Assembly: GCA_032251035.1 (NCBI GenBank)
Contig: JAVVEV010000023.1
Coordinates: forward strand, 7,545 to 31,544
Origin: Thiogranum sp.
GTDB lineage: Bacteria > Pseudomonadota > Gammaproteobacteria > DSM-19610
Direction of reading: 5' to 3'
Length of the DNA: 24,000 bases
Both the position numbers and the translations under genes were made by a program. The notes under the pieces were generated by a model. It was not told the DNA's origin, searched no databases, and saw nothing but the letters and a program-made list of their open reading frames with translations. Shown here one piece after another: positions 16,215 to 23,720 of this stretch. Positions within the stretch are counted from its first letter, which is position 1; each line of letters opens with the position of its first letter.

Positions 16215-17102
16215 ATGGATACCGAACGGTTGGCTTCCCGATTCGAGCTTCCACTGCGGGCCGGCGTCGGCCTGAGACCGGATCATTACGAGGTCGTGCT
16301 CCGGGAGCGCCCGGATGTCAGCTGGTTCGAGGTGCACGCCGAGAATTACATGGGCGCCGGCGGGCCTGTGCTCGCCTGGCTGGAGCAAGTCCGTGCCGAC
16401 TACCCCCTTTCGATCCACGGCGTCGGGTTGTCGATCGGCTCCGATGATTCACTGGATCCGGTCCACCTGCGGCGCCTCAGGACGCTGCTGGATCGCTATC
16501 AGCCGGATTCCTTCAGCGAGCACCTGGCCTGGTCATCTCAGGGTGGCGTGTACCTCAATGATCTGCTGCCGCTGCCATACACGCGCGAGACCCTGGCTCG
16601 CGTCAGCGAACATATCGATCAGGTTCAGACCCACCTCGGACAGCGGATGCTGTTGGAGAATCCGTCAACCTACCTGAGCTTTGCCAGCAGCACGATGACG
16701 GAGATCGAGTTTCTCTCTGCGCTGGTCGAACGCACCGGCTGCGGCCTGCTGCTCGACGTCAACAATGTTTATGTCTCAGGCACCAATCAAGACTACTCGC
16801 CTCTCGATTACATCAGGGACTTTCCGCTTACCCACGTCGGCGAGATCCATCTGGCAGGTTATGCCTGCGATACGGATCAGGAGGGTCATGCCCTGCTGAT
16901 TGACGCCCACGACTGTGTCGTGGCGGTCGAGGTCTGGTCGCTGTACGCCGAGACCATCGCCCGCACAGGGCCGGCACCCACCTTGATCGAATGGGACAGC
17001 AAGCTGCCGGACTGGGAAGTTCTGGTCGGGCAGGCCAGGACAGCGGACCGGTACATGGAAGGTTACAGCCAGGGAGTCTCCGAAAATGTCGGCGTTGGCT
17101 GA
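16215..17102 (+). CDS. bufB: DUF692 multinuclear non-heme iron oxidative enzyme (MNIO, MbnB-like TIM barrel)
   Basis: 295 aa with FEVHAENY, HGVGLS, SEHLAW, LENPS, LLDVNN, EIHLAG and IEWD, which are the metal-ligand-bearing strands typical of DUF692. Confidence 0.85.
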   Translation: MDTERLASRFELPLRAGVGLRPDHYEVVLRERPDVSWFEVHAENYMGAGGPVLAWLEQVRADYPLSIHGVGLSIGSDDSLDPVHLRRLRTLLDRYQPDSFSEHLAWSSQGGVYLNDLLPLPYTRETLARVSEHIDQVQTHLGQRMLLENPSTYLSFASSTMTEIEFLSALVERTGCGLLLDVNNVYVSGTNQDYSPLDYIRDFPLTHVGEIHLAGYACDTDQEGHALLIDAHDCVVAVEVWSLYAETIARTGPAPTLIEWDSKLPDWEVLVGQARTADRYMEGYSQGVSENVGVG

Positions 17103-17874
17103 CCTGCAACGGGAATTCGCACAGGCGCTGCGCGATCCGGGCCGGCGGCAACCGTCACAGGTCTGCGGCCCGCGGCTCGCCTCGGCAGAGCGCCGCTTCA
17201 ATGTGCACAGAAACAACATGGTGGCAGGCCTGATCGAGGCGCTGCAAGCCACTTACCCCGCAGTGCACCGGTTGGTCGGAGAGGAGTACTTCTCAGCGGT
17301 GGCCAGGGCGTTCATCGGCCTGCATCCGCCGCGCTCGCCGATGCTTCTTCACTATGGAGGCGAGTTTGGAGATTTCCTGGAAGGCTTTCCGTCGGCTGCC
17401 GGAGTCCCTTACCTCGGTGACGTCGCCCGGCTCGAGTGGGCGCGGACAAAGGCATTCCATGCGGCGGACGCAGAACCCATTGGCCTTTCGACATTGGCCG
17501 ACATTGCGGATAGTCGCCTGAAATATCTCACGCTGGAGCTGCATCCCTCGCTGACGCTGCTGGATTCGCGCTGGCCAGTCGACTCCCTGTGGCGCGCCTG
17601 CTGCACGCCAGACCAGGACGCCGATGTGAACATGGATGAGCCACAGCAGGTGGCTATTGTGCGCCCCGTCTGGCAGGTGGCGATTCACGTCCTGCCCTCG
17701 CCGGCCGCCGCTTTCGCACAGCTGTTGCAGCAAGGATGGGCGCTGGGGGAGGCAACGCAGCATTGCGCCGGGTTGCACCAGGATTTCGATCTCGCCGACA
17801 GCCTGCGACGCCTGTTCGGGATTGGCGCAGTCGTCGCCGTCAAGATTCCGCAGCAGGACGAGGAGCAATCATGA
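17086..17874 (+). CDS. bufC: DUF2063 protein, MNIO partner/precursor-recognition subunit
   Basis: 262 aa. RFNVHRNNMVAGLIEALQATYPAVHRLVGEEYF...LHYGGEFGDFL...DVARLEWA is the DUF2063 N-terminal signature. It overlaps the DUF692 gene by 17 nt. AGGGAG lies 9 nt upstream. Confidence 0.75.
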   Translation: MSALADLQREFAQALRDPGRRQPSQVCGPRLASAERRFNVHRNNMVAGLIEALQATYPAVHRLVGEEYFSAVARAFIGLHPPRSPMLLHYGGEFGDFLEGFPSAAGVPYLGDVARLEWARTKAFHAADAEPIGLSTLADIADSRLKYLTLELHPSLTLLDSRWPVDSLWRACCTPDQDADVNMDEPQQVAIVRPVWQVAIHVLPSPAAAFAQLLQQGWALGEATQHCAGLHQDFDLADSLRRLFGIGAVVAVKIPQQDEEQS

Positions 17875-18452
17875 TCAAGCGAATTGCGGAACTGCATCAG
17901 CGGCTCTTTGCCGCTATCGAACGCGGTCTGGCCGACTGGTTTCCTGCCTTGCTGGCGCGGCTGATTTTCGCGGGTGTCCTGCTGGTCTACTTCCTGAACT
18001 CGGCAATGACGAAAATCGGTGAGGGGATTTTTGGGATATTCAACCTTACCGACAAGGCCTACGCTCAAATCCTGCCATCGGTAATGGAACGCCACGGCTA
18101 TGATGCCTCACAAATTTCCTTCCCCTACGATCTTGTTGTCCACCTCGGGACCTACAGCGAAATCCTGCTCCCCACGCTGATCGTGCTCGGGCTGTTCACA
18201 CGCCTCGCTGCTCTCGGAATGATTGTCTTTGTGATCGTGCAGAGCTATGTCGACATCGCATTCCACGACGTCGAGAAGGAGACTATCGGAGCCTGGTTTG
18301 ACCGCCTGCCCGACGCGGCCATCTTTGATCAAAGGGCACTATGGTTTTTTCTGCTGGCGTATCTGGTGATCTATGGGGCTGGTCGGATCTCACTGGATTA
18401 CCTGCTGCAGCGTCGCCTTGTGAACGGGACCGTTCCGGCACAGTCGACCTAG
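17871..18452 (+). CDS. DoxX-family integral membrane protein
   Basis: I moved the start to the ATG at 17871, which overlaps the DUF2063 stop (ATGA) and follows an AGGAG RBS. It has multiple hydrophobic helices and the segment SEILLPTLIVLGLFTRLAALGMIV, typical of DoxX. Confidence 0.7.
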   Translation: MIKRIAELHQRLFAAIERGLADWFPALLARLIFAGVLLVYFLNSAMTKIGEGIFGIFNLTDKAYAQILPSVMERHGYDASQISFPYDLVVHLGTYSEILLPTLIVLGLFTRLAALGMIVFVIVQSYVDIAFHDVEKETIGAWFDRLPDAAIFDQRALWFFLLAYLVIYGAGRISLDYLLQRRLVNGTVPAQST

Positions 18453-18464
18453 GATGAAACCACG

Positions 18465-18893
18465 CTAACGAAGCGAACGCATTGTGTCGAGAACGGCCAG
18501 TCGATACCCGTCGATGGCGGCGTTGATGGCGTCAACCCCGGCCTCGGACTGTCCTAGAGTATCCCAGCTCTCGGCCCAGACCGTCTTGAGCCGGTCGGCT
18601 TCACCCGGTACCGGTTCAGGGATGACCTGGCTCAGGTCGTGTATCGTGAGGATGTGCGCCCAGCCATTGCGCGGATTACCGTACTCGGGGTGCTGGTCGT
18701 AATGACTGAAAAACACCACACGCTGCAGTTCGCCTACCTGCGTCAACACCTCGAATCCAGCGGTGCGAATATTGCTGTTGAGTTCCGATTGCTGATTGCG
18801 CCAGGTGTTGTAGCCGAGGCCGGACAGGGCAACGACCAGGCTGATGATTGCGACCAGGTTGCGTCGGACTTGCTCCAGCACTGAATGGTTCAT
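18465..18893 (-). CDS. Hypothetical membrane-anchored protein
   Basis: 142-aa ORF with one N-terminal hydrophobic helix (LVAIISLVVALSGLGY). I recognise no family. It is convergent with the DoxX gene. Confidence 0.45.
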   Translation of the reverse strand: MNHSVLEQVRRNLVAIISLVVALSGLGYNTWRNQQSELNSNIRTAGFEVLTQVGELQRVVFFSHYDQHPEYGNPRNGWAHILTIHDLSQVIPEPVPGEADRLKTVWAESWDTLGQSEAGVDAINAAIDGYRLAVLDTMRSLR

Positions 18894-19071
18894 GGCGCGA
18901 CTCCACCCGGGTTCACAATAAACCCCGACACATTATAGCTTACTCTTGACCGATCGGTCTACTATGCTCCGTGATGATTACCGAATCGAGCTAGCGTCAG
19001 CGCATCTTTGCCAGCCGCATCCATAGACTGACCGGTCTATTTTACAAACTATCCGACAAGGAGCGAAACCC

Positions 19072-19540
19072 ATGGAATGCGAACCCGGTGACACCGTAAC
19101 CTCAATCACTCTCCCTGCAATCGACGGCTCGATCTTTGACCTCACAGTCTCAAGGGCAGACCCTTCATGTTGTCTTTCTTCCGGTTTGCCTCGTGCCCGT
19201 TCTGCAATCTGCGCGTGCACGAACTGGTGACGAAGTTCGATCAACTCCCGGAGGGATTCACCATTGTTGCCGTTTTCGATTCGCCGCTGGATAACCTTCA
19301 GCGCCACGCAGACCGGCACCATGCCCCGTTCCCGATCCTTGCCGACGAACGCGGTGACTGCTACAAGCGCTATGACATCGAACATTCCGTGACTGGCGTA
19401 TTGAAAGGCATGATTTTTCGTATGCCGAAGTTGCTGTATGGCATGTTCGCGAAAGGGTGCTTTTGTTCACGGTCGTACGGAATCTACACGCGACTTTTCT
19501 ATCCTGCCTTTCTCAACGGTGGCACTTTCCGGTGTGAATC
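19072..19540 (+). pseudogene. Peroxiredoxin-like (redoxin/AhpC-TSA fold) gene, frameshifted and 3'-degraded
   Basis: An AAGGAG RBS precedes the ATG at 19072, giving MECEPGDTVTSITLPAIDGSIFDLT in one frame. The sequence SLKGRPFMLSFFRFASCPFCNLRVHELV...APFPILADE...RMPKLL continues in another frame. A single missing base near 19141-19147 would join them. Beyond about 19455 the similarity becomes patchy, and the frame then reads without a stop through the antisense of the TA genes to 19907. The 3' boundary is approximate. Confidence 0.6.
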
Positions 19541-19806
19541 CATGGCGTGCCAAAGATCCCAGTCGCGCTGCAAGGTTCAACCAGAATTCAAAACCCGTCT
19601 TGAGCGCCTCACCCAGCGCCAGTGCCGAATCCGCACTGACCTGGCGACGCCCGTTGATCACCTCGTTAAGGCGCGCATACGTCCAGCCGAGGTGCGCGGC
19701 GAAGGGCGGTGTCAAAGCTGGTACTCATATAGCCTTTGCGAACAGGGTGGACAAGATCCGCTCTGCTCTGCGCGATGGCAATTGCTTCAAGGCGCCGGTC
19801 CTTCAT
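19467..19806 (-). pseudogene. HigA-family (XRE HTH) antitoxin-like gene, apparently frameshifted near its 5' end
   Basis: The frame from 19715 encodes ...AAHLGWTYARLNEVINGRRQVSADSALALGEALKTGFEFWLNLAA, an HTH plus the HigA-type FWLNL tail. A different frame from the ATG at 19806 carries ...LVHPV..., a possible HPGE-like N-terminus. Removing one base from the A3 run at 19714-19716 (plus strand) joins them. Alternatively it is an intact 82-aa protein from the TTG at 19715. Confidence 0.45.
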
Positions 19807-20110
19807 GGACCCACTTCGCGACAGTCAACAGTCGCTCGCTGCGCCAGACGCGGACGATCCTCACGCGCGTGGGATCGCGTCGATATATGATTCGGAACGG
19901 CGGATGAATAAGTTCACGCAGAAAAGGCTGATCGAATTCGGGCACGACCCGTCCCATATCCGGATGATTCGCCAGCGCCTGGATACGCTGGATCACCTCG
20001 TCCACCAGTCTCATTCCGACGTCCGGCACTCTTTGCTCCAGATACCAGCTCTTGACTTCCTCGAGATCGCGTAGCGCCAACTCAGTGAAGCTGATGACCG
20101 TCCTGGCCAC
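19787..20110 (-). CDS. parE: RelE/ParE-family type II toxin (ParE-like)
   Basis: 107 aa. The sequences FTELALRDLEEVKSWY...HPDMGRVVPEF...LRELIHPPFRIIYRRDPTRVRIVRVWRSERLL are typical ParE. It starts 4 nt after the Phd/YefM gene. Confidence 0.8.
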   Translation of the reverse strand: MARTVISFTELALRDLEEVKSWYLEQRVPDVGMRLVDEVIQRIQALANHPDMGRVVPEFDQPFLRELIHPPFRIIYRRDPTRVRIVRVWRSERLLTVAKWVHEGPAP

Positions 20111-20114
20111 GACG

Positions 20115-20384
20115 CTATTTCAGTCCGAGCCGCGTCTTCGCCTCTTTAAGCGATACCTCGCGCCCTGCCTCCAGGTCCGACAATCCTGCGACCACGGCGC
20201 GCATGAAGGCTCTTTCTTCCTCGGCTTTCTCGTAATCGCTGACGGACTGGACCACGGCGACACCCCTGCCCCGGCTGGTGAGCAGCACGGGCCGGTGGGC
20301 CTCGGTAGTGTGCTTCACCACGCGCCCTGGATTCACCTTCAGGTCCGACAGAGGAACAAGATCCTCGGAAAATTTGATGGTCAT
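20115..20384 (-). CDS. Phd/YefM-family type II antitoxin
   Basis: 89 aa. The sequences LSDLKVNPGRVVKHTTEAHRPVLLTSRGRGVAVVQSVSDYE are the typical Phd/YefM N-terminal fold. It is followed by the toxin gene. Confidence 0.8.
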   Translation of the reverse strand: MTIKFSEDLVPLSDLKVNPGRVVKHTTEAHRPVLLTSRGRGVAVVQSVSDYEKAEEERAFMRAVVAGLSDLEAGREVSLKEAKTRLGLK

Positions 20385-20419
20385 GGCGTACTCTTGTTGG
20401 AAGCTGTGGAATGGCGCTT

Positions 20420-20448
20420 AAAATAGCACCTGTTAACAGGTCTTTCAA
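20420..20448 (-). promoter_or_regulatory. Candidate sigma70 promoter of the phd-parE operon with an operator palindrome in the spacer
   Basis: The minus strand reads TTGAAA-(17 nt)-TATTTT. The spacer contains the perfect 14-bp palindrome ACCTGTTAACAGGT (plus strand 20428-20441). The site lies 36-64 nt upstream of the antitoxin ATG at 20384. Confidence 0.45.
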
Positions 20449-20481
20449 GAGGTGCCGAATTATGCCAGTGAGTCATGTGGT

Positions 20482-20711
20482 CTACACGCCTTCCTGTTTG
20501 GTGGGTGGGCTGTGTTCCACATCATAGCCGCCGGTCAGTTCATTGAGCACCGACAATACCCGGGCCAGCGGTGACTCCTCGCCATCCTGCATGCCTTCTT
20601 CCTCGGCCACGGCCAGCTCGCTGGCATCATAGGCCCAGCGGCGCAACAACTCGATCTTCTGCGCCTGCGTCAAGCCGGGTCAAGGTCCAGTTGGTTTTTA
20701 TGTTTGTCCAT
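20482..20711 (-). pseudogene. Small hypothetical ORF split by a frameshift
   Basis: The ATG at 20711 gives MDKHKNQLDLDPA followed by a stop. The adjacent frame continues (PG)LTQAQKIELLRRWAYDASELAVAEEEGM... to 20482. One extra G/C in the CCGGG run at 20675-20679 would fuse them. I recognise no family. Confidence 0.3.
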
Positions 20712-20759
20712 TTGCATTCCCGTGACGGGTTTGTTTTCTGCAGCACGCCGTATGTCGCA

Positions 20760-20972
20760 CTAGTCAATCTTGACTGTTCGTCGTTTGGCTGTTGCGATTT
20801 TGGGCATCGTCAGCTCCAGCACCCCGTCCTTGAACTTCGCCTTTACTTTTTCGGTGTCCACATCACTCGGAAGGGGTACTGTGCGCGCATCCAGGTTGTC
20901 CTTATCCACACCCGTCAGCTGAGGACACGAGCAGGTCTGCTGACCGCGATCTCTTTGCTTTCCTTCTTCTCT
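20760..20972 (-). pseudogene. Remnant of an Hsp20/alpha-crystallin small heat-shock gene
   Basis: There is no start codon. The frame directly following the groEL stop reads ...LTGVDKDNLDARTVPLPSDVDTEKVKAKFKDGVLELTMPKIATAKRRTVKID then stop. A PGV-D-K..L-like strand is joined directly to the C-terminal LP..VD...(I/V).A...DGVL.L..PK motif, with the middle of the alpha-crystallin domain missing. An N-terminal-like piece (EEKKESKEIAVSRPA) lies in another frame. Confidence 0.5.
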
Positions 20973-22605
20973 TCAATAACCGCCCATTCCTTCCATCCCA
21001 GGCGGCATGGGACTTTCTTTCCTGGGCGCCTTGGCGATCATGGCCTCCGTCGTAATCATCAAGCCCGCAATGGACGCGGCATTCTGCAGGGCCACGCGTA
21101 CCACTTTGGTGGGGTCAAGTATACCCATCTTGATCATGTCGCCATACTCGTTGGTCTGGGCGTTATAGCCGTAGTTCCCTGCTTGCTCCTTCACCTTGCT
21201 CAGCACCACGGATGGCTCCACACCCGCGTTAGCCACGATCTCGCGCAGCGGCTGCTCCATGGCACGCAGTACGATTTTGATGCCGACAATCCTGATCAGG
21301 ATTGTCGCCCTTGAGGCGCTGCGCCTGCACGGCCTGCATGACCCGAATCAGCGCGACGCCCCCGCCCGCGACTACGCCCTCTTCGACGGCCGCTCTTGTG
21401 GCGTGCATGGCATCTTCCACGCGATCCTTTTTCTCCTTCATCGCCGTTTCCGTCGCGGCGCCGACCTTGAGTTCGGCGACGCCGCCGACGAGCTTCGCGA
21501 GTCGTTCCTGAAGTTTCTCTTTGTCGTAGTCCGAGGTGGCATCGTCGATCTCGCGACGGATCTGCTTGATGCGCGCCTGGATCGCTTCGGGCGCGCCAGC
21601 CCCACCGATCAATGTGGTGGTGTCTTTCGTGACAATGATCTTACGGGCGGAACCGAGATCATCCATGCTCGCCTTTTCCAGGCTCAGTCCGGTCTCTTCG
21701 GATATCACCTCGCCACCGGTGAGAACTGCGATATCGTGCAGCATGGACTTGCGCCGGTCCCCGAAGCCGGGTGCCTTGACGGCCGCCAACCTTATAATCC
21801 CGCGCATCGCATTGACCACCAGAGTCGCCAGCGCTTCTCCCTCGACATCCTCGGCAACGACCAGCAACGGTTTGCCGGCCTTGGCGATGGCCTCCAACAA
21901 GGACAACACATCACGGATGTTGGACAGCTTCCTGTCATAGAGCAGAAGAAGGGCATCCTCCAGTTCCGCGCTCATCTCGTCAGGCTTGTTGATGAAATAG
22001 GGTGACAGAAAGCCACGGTCGAACTGCATGCCCTCGACAACCGTCAGCTCGTTGTCCATCCCAGTGCCTTCCTCTACGGTGATAACGCCTTCCTTGCCCA
22101 CCTTGTCCATAGCCGAGGCAATCAAACCACCGATCTCCTCGTCACCGTTAGCCGAAACTGTCCCCACCTGCGCGATCGCCTTGCTGTCCTTGCATGAAAC
22201 CGAAATCCGTTTCAGTTCTTCCACCGTGGCGTCGACGGCTTTGTCGATGCCGCGTTTGATATCCATGGGATTCATTCCGGCCGCCACCGATTTCAATCCT
22301 TCCTGAAAAATGGATTGAGCCAGCACCGTTGCCGTGGTAGTTCCATCGCCGGCGATCTCCGAGGTCCTGGCTGCCACCTCTTTGACCATCTGCGCGCCCA
22401 TGTCTTCGAACCGGTCTTCCAGTTCGACTTCTTTGGCGACGGAGATGCCATCCTTGGTCACTACGGGAGCGCCGAACGGCCTGTGTATCACCACATTCCG
22501 CCCGCGCGGGCCCAGTGTCGCCTTGACCGCCTGTGCCAGAATCGCCGCGCCACGCGCCATGCACTGGCGGGCGTCATCCCCAAATCTCAGGTCCTTGGCT
22601 GGCAT
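20973..22605 (-). pseudogene. groEL: GroEL (Cpn60) paralog, interrupted by a +1 frameshift; no groES upstream
   Basis: The start is the ATG at 22605 ([13 protein letters not shown]) with a GGAGGTG RBS. Classic GroEL sequence runs through ...GGGVALIRV...LKGDNPDQD, then the frame is lost at plus-strand position 21288. The C-terminal part ([22 protein letters not shown]...[28 protein letters not shown]...GMEGMGGY) continues in the next frame to 20973. Total length is 1633 nt, one more than a multiple of 3. Confidence 0.8.
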
Positions 22606-22716
22606 CGGTGTCCACCTCCATTGGTAATGTTCGTCATGAGCTGTGCCGTAGACTTTTCGCCGGGTTTCGTAGTCTGTCGTCAAAACCTCATACAGATCCA
22701 GGTCTGTCAGGCTAGC

Positions 22717-23712
22717 TCAACTTTGTGTTAGCAATTCCACCAGCGACTCGCCGCGATGCACCCGCCGGATGGCCCGCGCGAACAGCGAGGCGGCATCGAG
22801 CTGGGTCAGCTTGTCACGCACAGCCGTCGATGTCAGCCGCAACGGCGGCAGGGTATCAGTCACGGCCAGGGCCTCGATGTCGGGCGTGGCCAGCACCCGA
22901 TCGGCGGCACTAGTGAACACGCCGTGGCTGGCCGCCGCCAGTACCCGCGCCGCGTCCTGGCGAATGCAGGCCTGTGCCGCCCGCGCCAGGGTGCCGCCGC
23001 TGCTGATCAGGTCATCGATGAGGATGACCTGCCGGTTCGCGACCTCGCCCACCAGCGTCTCGCCGCGCACCACACCGGCGCTGCGCTGCTTCTCCATGAA
23101 GGCCCCGCCCACCGGCCGGCCCAGGCGCTGTTCCAGTGCCTGGCGGAACAGCTCGGCCCGCTTGACGCCGCCCACGTCCGGAGACATCACCACCACCTCC
23201 TTATCGTCACCCAGGCGATTTGAAAAGTAGTCCATGAACAAGGTCCCGGCCTCCAGGTGGTCAGTCTGGATACGGAACGCGTTCTGGTAGGCCGCCAGGT
23301 TGTGGACGTCCAGGGTCATGACGCTGTCCACTCCCACCGCCTCAAACAGTGCCGCCACATAGCGGCTGGTGACGGGATCGCGTGACTTGGTCTTGCGGTC
23401 TTTGCGGGCATAGCATAAATAAGGAACCACGGCGGTCACCCGTGCCGCCGCGGCATCGCGCAGGGCACCGAGGAAGAACAGCAGCCGCACCAGCCTGTCG
23501 TTGACCGACTGCCCGGCATCGCTGTACAGCGACTGGATTACATAGACATCGCGCCCGCGCACGCTCTCCAGCGGCCGGGTCTTGTGCTCGCCGTCCTCAA
23601 ACTCCCGCTCCTCGTGCTCGCCCAGGGGTGTCTCCAGCGCTGACGCGACCCGCTCACCGAACTTGCGGTCAGCGTTCAGGGCAAACAGGACGGGTGGCGC
23701 GGGATACGGCAT
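22717..23712 (-). CDS. Ribose-phosphate pyrophosphokinase (PRPP synthetase) family protein, divergent paralog
   Basis: I moved the start to the ATG at 23712 ([10 protein letters not shown]). Motifs are [29 protein letters not shown], and the PRPP-binding loop [14 protein letters not shown]. Confidence 0.8.
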   Translation of the reverse strand: MPYPAPPVLFALNADRKFGERVASALETPLGEHEEREFEDGEHKTRPLESVRGRDVYVIQSLYSDAGQSVNDRLVRLLFFLGALRDAAAARVTAVVPYLCYARKDRKTKSRDPVTSRYVAALFEAVGVDSVMTLDVHNLAAYQNAFRIQTDHLEAGTLFMDYFSNRLGDDKEVVVMSPDVGGVKRAELFRQALEQRLGRPVGGAFMEKQRSAGVVRGETLVGEVANRQVILIDDLISSGGTLARAAQACIRQDAARVLAAASHGVFTSAADRVLATPDIEALAVTDTLPPLRLTSTAVRDKLTQLDAASLFARAIRRVHRGESLVELLTQS

Positions 23713-23720
23713 AACAGTAT

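Noticed and set aside
18978-19385. The 135-aa minus-strand ORF.
   Set aside because: It is antisense to the clearly redoxin-like plus-strand sequence. It has no motifs and no RBS.
19167-19907. The 246-aa plus-strand ORF taken at face value as one gene.
   Set aside because: Only its first ~100-120 residues resemble a redoxin. The rest is read-through across the antisense of the HigA-like and ParE genes. The true N-terminus is in another frame from 19072. It is treated as a pseudogene instead.
20571-22005. Long plus-strand ORFs 20571-21314 (247 aa) and 21196-22005 (269 aa).
   Set aside because: They are antisense shadows of the groEL paralog and hsp20 remnant. Their translations are low-complexity Arg/His/Leu-rich with no recognisable motifs. 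GroEL identity on the minus strand is unambiguous.
22606-22716. I looked for CIRCE, sigma32 (CTTGAAA-N13-15-CCCCAT) and sigma54 (TGGCAC-N5-TTGC) elements upstream of groEL.
   Set aside because: Only partial matches are present (CGGCAC-N5-ATGA, and TTGAC...CCCGGCGA). None is good enough to call.
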